DNA of 64,000 nucleotides from Mobula hypostoma (Eukaryota): NCBI RefSeq assembly GCF_963921235.1, contig NC_086097.1, positions 217,002,001 to 217,066,000 of the forward strand, read 5' to 3'. Shown piece by piece: positions 41,775 to 53,680 of this stretch (position 1 is its first letter; each line of letters starts with the position of its first letter). The notes under the pieces were generated by a model. It saw only the letters and a program-made list of their open reading frames with translations, ran no database searches and was not told where the DNA came from. The position numbers and the translations under genes were made by a program.

Positions 41775-42100
41775 AGAAGGAAGCTATCACATTGGATCCA
41801 TTCAGATTCCCAGCAGAGCAATCCCATTAATCTCATTCCCTCTCTTATTCCCCATAACACTAACTTCATCTCAGTCACAATCTCTGATTCACTGAAACCA
41901 AGATCGTCTACATTTGCCAGTTAACCTACCAGCACAACTTTCAGACCTGGGAGGAAACAAAAGCACCTGGGAGAAACCCGCAGAGTCGTGAAGGGACTTG
42001 GCAAACTCTGCAGGGTCATGAAGGGACTTGGCAAACTCCACTCGGACACGATTGGAGGTCAGCATTGTAAATGGGTCACTGGAGCTGTGTGGCAGCAACA
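41775..42100 (-). mobile_element. Degraded SINE (V-SINE/HE1-like)
   Basis: ggaggaaac..cacctgggagaaaccc motif; short internal tandem duplication of gaagggacttggcaaactc. Confidence 0.5.
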
Positions 42101-42839
42101 ATAGTAAATTGGATTATTGAACATCCTGCAATTCTGCATCTATGTCTCAGGTTGCACTGCTGCCTTTTTTCTCGACTGTTCTCTCCTCCCTAACTTACAT
42201 TGGCATTGTCCCCTATAGTCAACGAACCTCTCTCCCTACTCCCTATGGCTTGCGGTGCTGTTGCAGGATGTAAGGATGCCTGCTCTCACCGACAGTTAGT
42301 TTCAGCAGACTACAAAGACATCTGGAATGAGTCGACTAGACGAATTGTACCTGGAATAGTAGCAAATACATGACAGTATAATGCAGCATAGAATATGAGC
42401 TTCACATCCTGAGTGACAGATATAGATGAGTGAGTGATGCAGTAGAACATAGAACAGTTCAGTACAATACAGGCCCTTCAGCCCACAATGATGTGCTGAC
42501 CTTTTAACATACTCTACTATCAATCTAGCCTTGCCCTCCATTTTCCTTATGGCGCAGAGATCACCATTTCAAGGTGTATAAGCTGGCTAACCCAAAATGG
42601 TGAGAGCTACTCCTGACATTCGATGTTATGATGCTATGTTAAAGAATCAAATTAGTCTGCATTCGGAATGAATTCCTGCCCAACTAGAACAGAATTAGGT
42701 TAATTGACACTGTAAACCCAGCACCAATGTCCAATTGCAATCCAGATCAGTCCCTCACATTATTACAGGTAAAGGCAGCGTAAATTGGTGAAATGCACAT
42801 CACAGCTAAGCTGATATCTACTTCCAAACCATTTTGGCA

Positions 42840-43720
42840 TAAGATAAAGACCAAGGAACAAAATTAAGCCCCTCGGCCCATTAAGGCTACTTTGCAGTTC
42901 CCTTACATCTGATTTATTATTCCTCTTAACCTCATTCTCCTGCCTTCTCTCCGTATATTTCAAAGCCCTGATTAACCAAGAATATATTAGCCTCCACTTT
43001 AAATATACTCAATAACTTGGCCTCCACAGCCATCTGCTGCAGTGAATTCCACAGATTCACTACCCTCTGACTAAAGAAATTCCTCCTCATCTCTGTCCTA
43101 AATGGACATCTCTCTGTGCCCTCTGGCCTTAGACATGCCCACTATTGGAAACATCCTCTCCACGTCCACTTTATCTACGCCCTTCAATATTCGATAGGTT
43201 TCAATCTGATTCCCCCAATCCTTCTAAACTCCAGACTCCAGTGAGTACAGGCCCAGAGCCATCCAACACTCCTCATATGCTAACTTTTTCATTTCCAAAA
43301 TAGTTCTCGTGAAATTCCTCTGAATTCTCTCCAATGTTAGCATGTCTTTTCTTTTTAATACTGTAATATGGTCTGACCTTTGCCATTTAAAGCCTCAGCA
43401 TCACACCCTTGCTCTTATGTTCTCGTTCTCTCAAAATGAATGTTAACATTGCATTTGCTTTCCTTACCACCATCTCAACCTGCAAGTTAACCTTTAGGAA
43501 ATCCTGCACAAGGACTCCCAAGTCCCTTTGCAACTCTGATTTTTGAATGTTCACCTCATTTAGAAAATGGTCTACATCTTTATTCCTTCTAAGAAAGTGC
43601 ATTACCATACACTTCCCTACGCTATATTCCATCTGCCGCTTCTTTACTTATTCTCCTAATCCGTCGAAGACAAGTCCTTCTGCAGACTTCCTTCTTTCTC
43701 TACCCTACCTGCCACTCTAC
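42840..43720 (-). mobile_element. CR1 3' fragment
   Basis: MEYSVGKC..RDLGVLV..KANAML. Confidence 0.82.
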
Positions 43721-44024
43721 CTGTCACAAATACGTGACTTACACCATTACTTCAATTTTTAGATTTAGTTGTTAGTTTCAATAGAGAATATACTAATAAA
43801 GAAAACCATTTTCCTTATCCATAAAGCCTTTAGGACTTTGGAATTTTTGGATATACAGCTATGATAACAATGTTTCTGACTGATTGCTTCATAAGTCGTT
43901 GTGCTTTGTTTTCTGCCATGCAATTATAACAACATCGTGAAAGAAAAACTTTGGCAAAATTGTTGGAAGGTGCATTTTATCCTTATTTCGTATAATAATG
44001 TTTTTGTCAAAGTATATTAACATT

Positions 44025-44088
44025 CTTTTGTATATTGAATATCAATATACAAAAGTATATTGAATATCAATATACAAAAGTATATTGA
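44025..44088. repeat. AT-rich hairpin and 25-bp tandem repeat
   Basis: cttttgtatattga-ata-tcaatatacaaaag perfect 14-bp stem; unit gtatattgaatatcaatatacaaaa x2 plus a partial copy. Confidence 0.85.
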
Positions 44089-45021
44089 CATTTTTTGTCA
44101 ATTGCCTATCATAGGGAATATAACCAGGATGAAGGTGAAAATTTCATTTTGGCATTTCCAAATGTATCAAAATAATGAGAAATTCACAGCAACATTTTCA
44201 AGTTGATAAATCTATAACATTTTTCAAAGACTGTCAAAAATAATTATCTATCAATGAAATAATAACCTTTGTTCTGAGATATATTTTGACAGAGATTATG
44301 TTAATTACAGCAGGAATGTGTGATTTGATAACAGCATGCATAGTCACAAAAATAGAATGCAACATTAATCCAAATTGAATGACAGCTCACTAACTGTCAT
44401 TAGCATGAATACGTAATTCTATGATATATGACTTTTCATCTCATTTAATGGTATTACATCCAGGTCAATACCCATTATTGTAAAAAAAAATCTACCTTCA
44501 TCATAAGGAGCTTAAATTTCTCTGTGCGTTTGTGTCCACTTTAATGGTCTAATCCAATTATTTGTCCTTACATTGCTTCTTTTTATTTCTGCCAAACATT
44601 TGTTGCATTTGTAACTACGTAGATTCTGCTCACAAATAATCAGACTTTTGGATAAATTAACTATTTTGCATATACGTGTCCATTGCTAAGATATAGTCAT
44701 AAGGATATGCTAGAGAGAAAGCAAAAGATGGCTGAGGAAGTTTTGTCTAGGAAGGGTCTGTATTATTATGAAAAACCATGATCATCCGATTTCAGAATTG
44801 TGAGCAAATATCAAAATTAATTTCCACTTGCAAGTTACATCTTACATAATATCTTGTAATATCTTGAAAACATTTCAGTTTCTCTTTCTATGCAAGTACC
44901 CAGAACTGAGAAGCCCCTGCTAGGGGAGAAAATAATTTCATTATTTTTATCTGAATATTGTCTTAAAATCCTGCGCCTGATTTTCCAAGCAGCAAGGGAA
45001 TAGAACATGTCAGAAAATGGT

Positions 45022-45425
45022 TTTGTGGATCTCTGTCGGTCTCCCCTCATTCTTCTATGCTCCGGGGGGTGGGGTCCTGGCCTGTTCGGTCTTTCCCTGT
45101 GGCTCAATTCCTGAAGACCCAGCAACATCCTAGTAAATCTCTGCACTCTTAGGGGGGCAAAAGTTTAGGGGTAACACGAGGGGGAACTTCTTTACTCAGA
45201 GAGTGGTAGTTGGGTGGAACGAACTTCCAGTAGAAGTGGTAGAGGCAGGGTCGATATTGTCATTTAAAGTTAAATTGGATAGTTATATGGACAGGAAAGG
45301 AATAGAGGGTTATGGGCTGAGTGCAGGTCAGCGGGACTAGGTGAGAGGAAGCATCCGGCATGGACTAGAAGGGCCGAGATGGCCTGCTTCCGCGCTGTAA
45401 TTGTTATATGGTTATATGGTTATAT
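45022..45425. mobile_element. 5'-inverted CR1 insertion with A-to-G hypermutated inverted arm
   Basis: 45022-45150 antisense CR1, 45151-45425 sense CR1 3' end with (GGTTATAT)n tail; 8-bp TSD aaaatggt (45014-45021, 45426-45433). Confidence 0.85.
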
Positions 45426-45719
45426 AAAATGGTATGGGAAACAAAACAGGAAATTACTGAAGCCCTAACCAATATTTCTGCCAATTCATTAATTGCAAGT
45501 AAGGTACTAGAATGCTGAATGATACCTAACATTCTTTTATTTAAGAAAAGTGATAATCCGGTAACTACCTGCTAGTGAGCTCACATCTGTAATAGGGAAA
45601 TTATTGAAGATAATTGTCAAGACAAAATCAATGTACATTTGGAAGATAGACTGTGTAAAGATAGTCAGCAGGGTTTTGTGAGGGTGAAATCCTACCATAT
45701 AGACTATGTTTTGTGTTGA

Positions 45720-46600
45720 ATAAATTTGCATTTGGGGGTTTATCAGACCAGAAAGAGTGGGAAACAGGCCACACGAACTCCAAGTACAGCAGCCCTGAGA
45801 GCACATCACACTGATGACCAAGTTCTTGCCAGCTAATGACAGAAACTGTTGTTTTCACACAGTCAGTTTTGGTGTGACCTTGTCAATCTGCCCCAGCAAA
45901 TTCTTGTTACATGACATGCCTCAGCTCCTCTGAACCAGATTCCCAGCACAGCAAGGTAGCCAGACATGGCAGTGTAGCAGATACTGGAACTGTTGGGCCA
46001 GTGTCTGAGAAAGCATGGCCTCGCTCTTCCTCTGATTGACTCTGCCTCCCAATGCCAACTCAGAATGGTCACAGATGCTGATCAATCTGCAAACTGGCCA
46101 TGGATCTGAGAAGAAGCTGGTGTCATCATCTGTGTACAGTAAGGTTTTGAAGTCAGTGACTCCACTGCCTGACAATGTTACCACTCTTATGCTCTCAACC
46201 TTCCTAATCTATTTGGCAATGGGTTCTATGCAATACACAAAAAAGACAAGAGAGTGGACAACACTGACAGGCTCCAGATGTGATAGGAAAGAGATTTGTC
46301 TCCCACCCATTGATCTGGAATGCACTATGGATATCAATCCCTCCCCAAAGTCCACTCTAGAGAGCTTGGCCATTATATAAATGAGTAAGATCCTGTCAAA
46401 GGCCTTCTCCTGGCCCAAGATGACCAGGCAGGTATCCACCTCTTTATCCAACGTGTTAGCAATGCTATCAGAGATTTTCCTGCCAGGTACAGCACATCCT
46501 GATGACCACCTTTGTATGTGATTTTATCAGAGCTAAGCATGGATCTAAAGCACCAAGGCACCCCTCCATTGGTTGGGATTGACCATGGATATAGCATCTT
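45720..46600 (-). mobile_element. Degraded Tx1/L1-clade LINE RT fragment
   Basis: LGQEKAFDRI, LYTDD, VNQRKSEA remnants resemble Tx1 LDQEKAFDRV / LYADD. Confidence 0.65.
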
Positions 46601-46639
46601 AGCTGTCTATGTAATATGCAAGCCAGTACACAAACCAAA

Positions 46640-47643
46640 GCAGTACTTGGAGACTAATGATAAAATAAGTCAAAGTCTGCATGGTTGCTGTAAAGGGAAA
46701 TCTTGCCTGACAGTTCTGTTAGAGGTTTTTGAGGAAGTTACAAGCAGGGTCGACAAAGGAAAGGCAGTGGATATCATTTACTTGGACTTTCAGAAGGCAT
46801 TTGATAAGGTATTGCACATGAGGCTGCTTAAAACGATAAAATCCCATGTCATTACAGGAAAGATACTGGCATGGATAGTGGAATGGCTGACAGGCAGGAG
46901 GCAAAAAGTGGGAATAAAAGGGGCCTTTTCTGATTGGCTGCCAGTGAGTAGTGGTTTTCCTCAGAGGTCAGTATTAGGACCATCGCTTTTCACGTTGTTT
47001 GTCTAATTCCATTTAGATAATGGAATTGATGGCTTGTGGCCAAGTTTGCAGATGATACAAAGATAGGTGGAGGGGTAGGTAGTTCTGAGGAAGCAATGCG
47101 ATTGCGGTAGGACTGAGACAAATTGGAAAAAATTGGAGAGAGTCCAGAGGAGGTTCACAAGGATGATTCCAGTAATGACTGGGGTTAACATATGAGGAGT
47201 GTTTGGCAGCTTTGGGCCTGTATTTACTGGAATTTAGAAGAATGTGGGGGATCCCATTGAAACCTACCAAATGTTGAAAGGACTAGAGAGAGTGGATGTG
47301 GAGAGGATGTTTCCTATGGTGGGGGTATTCAGAACTAGAGATCGTGGCCTCAAAATTGAGGGGCAACCTTTTAGAACAGAGCTAAGGAGGAATATTTTTT
47401 AGCCAGAGAGTAGTGAATCTGTGGAATACTCTGCCACAGACTGTGGTGGAGGCCAAGTCCTTGCGTATATTTAAAGTGGAAGTTGCTAGTTTCCTGATCG
47501 GTCGGGGTATCAAAGGATATGGCGAGAAGACAGGTGTATGGGGTTGAGTGGGATCCAGGATTAGCCATGATGGAATGGCGGAGCAGACTCGATGGGCTGA
47601 ATGGCCTAATTCTGCTCTTATGTGTTATGGTCTAATGGTCTTA
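46640..47643 (+). mobile_element. CR1 fragment, internally deleted
   Basis: KSCLT..DFQKAFDKV..RRQKVGI. Confidence 0.85.
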
Positions 47644-48359
47644 TGATATGGAGAGCAAGCTGTTGCCCATGCAGCAGGTCCCACCTTGCCAAGCAACTGA
47701 TAAATTGAAAGGAACAGCGGAGACCAATACAGTTTGGCATCAGTGTCTTTGCAGGTGTTGCCTGTCGACATTGAACTTAATGTTGAACTGCTTTAGGTAC
47801 TCCAGCTCCGCATTTTTCATCAGGGAGTTCATCAGGGTATAGCCACGAGGCAGTAGATATTTGAGATCAGAGTTTTCCTTCTCCTAGATGAGTTTCCAAT
47901 CACAGCTGATGAACCCCATATGCCTAAGGTGATTGGACCTGCCTTTGCCCCATCTCCTGTCAGTAGAAACTGTTCTGCTAGGCTTAGTAGTTAAGCCACA
48001 CGTGAAGGCCAGGAGCTGAACTTGGTTGTCAGTGGCTACTTGAGATGCACACCACTGGAAGCATTTAATAGGTAGTGGGAGCTTATCCCCACTACCTCTC
48101 CTGGCCATGACATCCTTAATGAACCACCAATTTTCACTACGTGCTGAGGTTCTACCAGTCCTTGGGTGTTCAAGGGGATAGGGCTGTCCCCGTTGCTATG
48201 CAATGTTCCTCTCAGCTGGACATCACTTTTTCTTCCAAGAAAACACCTTTGACCACAGATCAATCAGATAGTGGTCAGCACAGAGCATCCTACCTAGACT
48301 GTGGGAGAGGCACTCTATGGATACAGTGAGGTAGTACCTTAAGCACACTATCCAAATCG

Positions 48360-49900
48360 TAGAGTTATAGACTCATAGAGCAATACAGCACTGACACAGG
48401 CCATTCAACCCATCTAGTCCATGTTGAACTGTTATTCTGCCTAGGTCCCACTGACCTGCACCTGGACCATGGCCCTTCACAGCCTCCCATCCATGTACTT
48501 ATCCAAGCTTCTCATAAAAGCCGAAATTGAACCAGTATCCACCGCTTTCACTGACAGCTCGTTCCCCACTTGCACCGCCCTCTGACTGAAGATCCTCATC
48601 ATGTTCCTCTTAAACATTTCACCCTTCACCCTTAACCCATGACCTCCAGTTCTAATCTCACACAACCTCATTAGGAAAAGCCGGCTTGCATTTACCCTAT
48701 TTACACCCTTCATGATTTTGTATACCACTATCAAATCTCCCCTCATTCTCCTATGTCCAGAGAATAAAGTCCTCACCTACTCAGCCTTTCCCTGTAACTC
48801 AGGTCTTCAAGTCCCAGAAACATCCTCCTAAATATAGCGAGAGGATTCGAGTACAGGAGCAGAGAGGTACTACTGCAGTTGTACAAGGCCTTGGTGAGAC
48901 CACACCTGGAGTATTGTGTGCAGTTTTGGTCCCCTCATCTGAGGAAAGACATCCTTGCCATAGAGGGAGTACAAAGAAGGTTCACCAGATTGATTCCTGG
49001 GATGGCAGGACTTTCATATGAAGAAAGACTGGATGAACTGGGCTTGTACTCATTGGAATTTAGAAGATTGAGGGGGGATCTGATTGAAAGGTATAAAATC
49101 CTGAAGGGATTGGACAGGCTAGATGCAGGAAGATTGTTCCCGATGTTGGGAAAAGTGCAGAACGAGGGGTCACAGTTTGAGGATAAAGGGGAAGCCTTTT
49201 AGGACCGAGATTAGGAAAAACTTCTTCACACAGAGAGTGGTGAATCTGTGGAATTCTCTGCCACAGGAAACAGTTGAGGCCAGTTCACTGGCTATATTTA
49301 AGAGGGAGTTAGATATGGCCCTTGTGGCTACGGGGATCAGGGGGTATGGAGGGAAGGCTGGGGCAGGGTTCTGAGGTGGATGATCAGCCATGATCATAAT
49401 AAATGGCGATGCAGGCTGAAAGGGCTGAATGGCCTACTCCTGCACCTATTTTCTATGTTTCTATGTTTCTATATTCTCTGCACTCTTTCAATCCTATTTA
49501 CATCTTTCCTTAGCTAGGTGACCAGAACTGCGCACAATACTCCAAATCAGGCCTCACCAATGTCTTATAAAGCTTCAACATAACATCCTAAATTCTGTAC
49601 TCAGTACTGTGATTTATGAAAGCCAACATGTCAAAATACTTTTTACAACACTATCTATTTATGACAGCACTTTCAAGGAATTGTGGACTGTATATCTAGG
49701 TCCCTCAGTTCTCCCGCACCCTGTTCATTGTGTAAGTCCCACCCTGGTTTGCCCTCCCAAAGTGCAACAGCTCACACTTGTTTGCATTAAATTCCGTCTG
49801 CCAATTTTCAGCCCATTTTTTTCCAGCTGGCCCAGATCCCTCTGCAAGCTTTGATAGCCTGTCCACTACAGCCCCAAGCTTGGTATCATCCACAAATTTC
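48360..49900 (-). mobile_element. Degraded CR1 interrupted by a younger sense CR1
   Basis: KFVDDTKLG, RRMRGDLI motifs; interrupted at about 48833-49471. Confidence 0.8.
48834..49471 (+). mobile_element. Young CR1 3' fragment, same family as 19625-22671
   Basis: Near-identical to 22042-22671. Confidence 0.92.
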
Positions 49901-50264
49901 ATTTGGCAGAATGCCTCATTATAAAAACTCACCAAGGAGCACCAGGACGTCACTTGGCTGGTGGTGAGAGGGGGCCATCACAATCCTTTTCTGTGCAGAT
50001 AGGATTTCATCCCAGTTGCAATCTACTCTCAGAGTAGACATGTTAAGGAGGGAACAATCATCCATCTCTTAGCAGACAGTGAATTTTCTCAGAGGTGGTG
50101 GAGGAGGATGCAAGGATGATTTTGTTCATTCCCAGAGCTCCTTAACTCTGATCTATGGGCTGCCCCAGGATCACATGCAGAGACCAATATTAAGTCCTGA
50201 ATCAACTGCATGTAGATGCCCTTTGGTCTGCCCAGAACTTATTGGTCTTCCAGCACATGGAATG

Positions 50265-51505
50265 TAAAGACCATAAGATCATAGAATATAGGTTGAGAAT
50301 TAGGCTATTTGACCCATCAGGTCTGCTCAACCATTTGATCATGGCTGATCCAATTTTCCTCTCAGCCTCAATCTCCTGCCTTTTCTCTGTATCCCTGACC
50401 AATCAAGGACTTATCAAACTCTGCCTTAAATATACGTAAAGACTTGCCCACCATTGCTGCCTGTGGCAATGAATTTGACAGATTCCTCACTCTCTAGCTA
50501 AAGAAATTCCTCCTTATTTCCGTTCTAAAAGGACGCCCCTCTATTCTGAGGCTGTGTTCTCTGTTCCTAGACCCTCTCACCATAGGAAACATTCTCTCTA
50601 CATCCACTCTACTGAAACATTTCAACATTCAGTAGGTTTCAATTATGTCACCCCTCGTTCTTCTGAATTCTAGTGAATACAGGCACAGAGCCATCAAAAG
50701 GTCTTCATATGACAAGCTGTTCCATCCTGGAATCATTTTTGTGAACCTCTTTTGAACTCTCTCCAGTGTCAGAACATCCTCTCTAACATAAAGGCCCCAA
50801 AACTGCTCACAATACTACATGTGAGGTTTTGCCAGTTATTTATAAAGCCTCTACATTACATCCTTGCTTTTATATTCTAGTCCCCTTGAAATGAACAGAA
50901 ATATTGCATTTGCCCTCTTCACCATTGATTCAACATGCAAATTAACCTTTAAGGCATCCTGCACAAGGACTCCGAGGTCCCTTTGCACCTCAGATTTTGA
51001 ATTTTCTCTCCATTTAGAAAACAGGCTACCCTTTATTTTCTTCTACCAAAGTACATGAACATACAATTCCCAACACTGTATTCCATCTGCCACTTCTTTG
51101 CCCATTCTCCTAATCTGTCAAAGTCCTTCTGTAGCATCTCTACTTCCTCAAAACTACCTGCCCCTCCACCTAGCTTCATATCATCTGCAAACTTTGCAAC
51201 AAAGCCATCAATTCCATCACCCAAGTCGTTGACATATAAAGTAAAATTAAGTGGTCCAAACACCACTCGTCACCAGCAGCCAACCAGAAAAGGCTCCCTT
51301 TATTCCCACTCTTTGCCTCCTGCCTATCAATCACTGCTTTATCCATGCTAGAATCTTTTCTTTAATACCAGAGGCTCTTAATGTGTTAACAGCCTCATGT
51401 GTGACACTTTGTCAAAGGCCTTCTGAAAATACAAATACACAACATCAACCGATGCTCTTTTGTCTATCTGGCTTGTTATTTCTTCAAAGAATTTCAACAG
51501 ATTTG
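50265..51505 (-). mobile_element. Degraded CR1 LINE
   Basis: YVNDLGDGIDGFVAKFADDMKLGG. Confidence 0.85.
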
Positions 51506-52150
51506 ATGCCGATTGGCACATTCCAGACTGCAGGAGAACCTGCTGAGAGATGCACTGAAGCTTGGTGTAGCCACTGAAAAGGCTCTGTGGGGAAAATTTT
51601 AAAGATTTAAAGATTTAAAGTGCTTGTCACATGTACATGGAAACACAGTGAAATGCGTCTTTTTCATCAATCACCGGCACAGTTTGAGGATGTGCTGGGG
51701 TCAGCCCCCAAATATCCTCATGCTTCCGGCGCCAACACAGCATGGCCATAATTTACTGACCCTTGGACTGGTGGAGGAAACCCACTCGGCCACACAAGAA
51801 CGTGCAAACTCCTTGTAGACAGCGATGTAAATTGAACTCCTGTCAGTGTTCGCCGGCGTTGTAAAACGTTGCGTTGATTACCACACTGCAATTGTATAGT
51901 GTAATTCCTCCTGTATAGTGTAATTAATTCCGCACTTGGAGGGCTGAGACCAGGTTTTGCATTTTGTGTGTGTGTGCGTGTGTGCGTGTGTGTGTGTGTG
52001 TGTCTATACATGTATTTATATACAAGAATAAGGTCTATATTTGAAATTAATTTTTGGACCTGAAAGTACCTAATGTTCCAAGAAATCCTTTACTTAAAGA
52101 CGGTCTGTACATAAAACAAACTAAGCTTCTATCTATTCCTCTTCTTTCAG

Positions 52151-52270
52151 ACTGGTTCTGAAATTTCGGCTCCAGTCCAAAGTGAAGAGCACGGCGGAAG
52201 CGAAGCAAAGGGCGACGAGACACCCCGCCACGTCTTCTCGTTCTCTTGGTTAAACTCACCGGCTAAATAG
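52151..52270 (+). CDS. TRIM55: TRIM55 terminal coding exon
   Basis: polypyrimidine cttctttcAG acceptor; TGSEISAPVQSEEHGGSEAKGDETPRHVFSFSWLNSPAK*, matching the TRIM55 C-terminal RHIFSFSWLNS motif; not listed in the ORF track. Confidence 0.92.
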   Translation, partial: TGSEISAPVQSEEHGGSEAKGDETPRHVFSFSWLNSPAK

Positions 52271-53064
52271 AAAACTCAAGCATACGTGATAAAGCCGGAG
52301 ACGCTAACCTAGCAGTCATTATAAAAAAATAACCTAACGTTCACTCAGCATTTGAGCCTGTTGATTTCGATTTATGCTTGTGAATTTGAGGATGGGATAC
52401 TTCAGATCGTCTTTTTACCAAATCCCCTGGGTTAATTTCACTGTTGACCACTGAGTTAGGGGTGGCGGGGCCGCAAAGACACGAAACAGTTTGATGGACT
52501 GAAAGGAATTTCTAGTAACGTTGCCGATTATTTCACGGCAACAGTGGTGGGCAAAACTGTTACAGTAACTCGTTTCATATTAACCCTTATCTCGGACCCG
52601 CTATTGGCGAGGTGACGGGGAGAAGTAGGTAGAGGTGGGGTGGGGGGGAGGGGGTTGGAGTTATGTTCAGGCGTAACGTACAAGTGCTGTCTTGTATTTC
52701 CAATTAAACCTGTTCTGTGTGCCTTTACATTTTAACTACCGCGGGGCGGTCTTTCACTCTAGGCGGTTTGCGGGCTTGTCGCGTTTTCAGTTCATTCACA
52801 CAACCTGTTCCCGTTGCCTTGGGAGAATACACAGGAAAGGGTTCGCGCAGCAACGTGAACTTCATTCGTTTCTTTGCGTGTTTTGTGTTTTCATAGACAA
52901 TTCCTTCAGATATCCTGGAAAATGAAATGTTTTTTTTGTAACATATGCCGCCTCCGCGATAAAGCATAAAGCAAGGAGATCGTCGTCACCGTTCAGCTTT
53001 TAATAGAAATATAAAGATTAGGCATTCTCTCGCGCAGGATAAATGATAAAGTATATACTGTACG

Positions 53065-53070
53065 TTTATT
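53065..53070 (-). terminator. Candidate polyadenylation signal of the CRH-family gene
   Basis: AATAAA on - strand (tttatt on +), about 115 nt after the stop codon. Confidence 0.55.
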
Positions 53071-53090
53071 ACAGGTAACTAGAATTCGAC

Positions 53091-53096
53091 AATAAA
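53091..53096 (+). terminator. Candidate polyadenylation signal of TRIM55
   Basis: First canonical AATAAA I found after the TRIM55 stop; an ATTAAA variant is at 52703. Confidence 0.4.
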
Positions 53097-53182
53097 CACC
53101 AAATGCACGCTAATATGACGGAAATGTGCAGTATATTAACGTTAGCAGCGCTATATTTGTGCGACAGACAGCAGAAGCCAGT

Positions 53183-53680
53183 CTATTTCCCGACTGAATC
53201 CATTACTTTCTTGTTTTCCTCTGCTTGCTTGGCCTTTTGCTGCACTCTAGCTATCGCGAGCAGTTTATTTAGAACATGCAAAGGTACATTAAGGGAAATA
53301 AGAGGCGTGCCCCGTCTTTTTCCTCGCTCTAACATCTCATCCACTAAGTCTTGGTGTCTGCCGTAAACGTCATCCAAGCCTCCAACTGTATCATGTAGGA
53401 TGCGCTGGAACTGTGCCAAGGGCATTTTGGAAGCTCCGTCGAAAGGAAAGATTTCAATTAGCTTTCGACCGAGATGTGATGGATTATCGTACGCTTTGAC
53501 CCGCGGTTTAAGGTATTCCTCGTCGAAGCGAAATCCAGCTGGTGGAACTAAGTGCTGGAGGTCTGAATGTTGACCAGAACCGAGTTTAGCTGAAACGGAG
53601 TTCTGTAAGGCTCGACAGTCATCATCGGGTACGAACCCAACCAGCAGGATAGAGGTGCAAAGCCACACGGGGATCTTCAT
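53183..53680 (-). CDS. CRH: CRH-family prepropeptide (165 aa) in the CRH1 syntenic position with a highly divergent mature peptide
   Basis: Signal peptide ending ...CRA/L, cryptic-region motif RFDEEY (cf. CRH RMGEEY), RGKR processing site, 41-aa peptide PLISL..H.L...L..AR..Q.A.QA..N.K.M, C-terminal GK* amidation signal; single coding exon; tail-to-tail with TRIM55 as for CRH. Strict orthology versus a tandem paralogue is unresolved. Confidence 0.88.
   Translation of the reverse strand: MKIPVWLCTSILLVGFVPDDDCRALQNSVSAKLGSGQHSDLQHLVPPAGFRFDEEYLKPRVKAYDNPSHLGRKLIEIFPFDGASKMPLAQFQRILHDTVGGLDDVYGRHQDLVDEMLERGKRRGTPLISLNVPLHVLNKLLAIARVQQKAKQAEENKKVMDSVGK

Noticed and set aside
44760..44900. Similarity to 61190-61300 (gatttcagaattg.gagcaaata) as a trace of CRH locus duplication
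   Set aside because: Short and degenerate, adjacent to ancient CR1-like sequence, and no second CRH-like ORF was found; an old dispersed repeat is more likely
53183..53680. Calling the peptide gene UCN2/UCN3 or urotensin I/UCN1
   Set aside because: Signal peptide, EEY cryptic motif, 41-aa length and TRIM55 linkage point to the CRH1 locus; UCN1 is linked to TRIM54, and the exons here carry TRIM55-specific motifs
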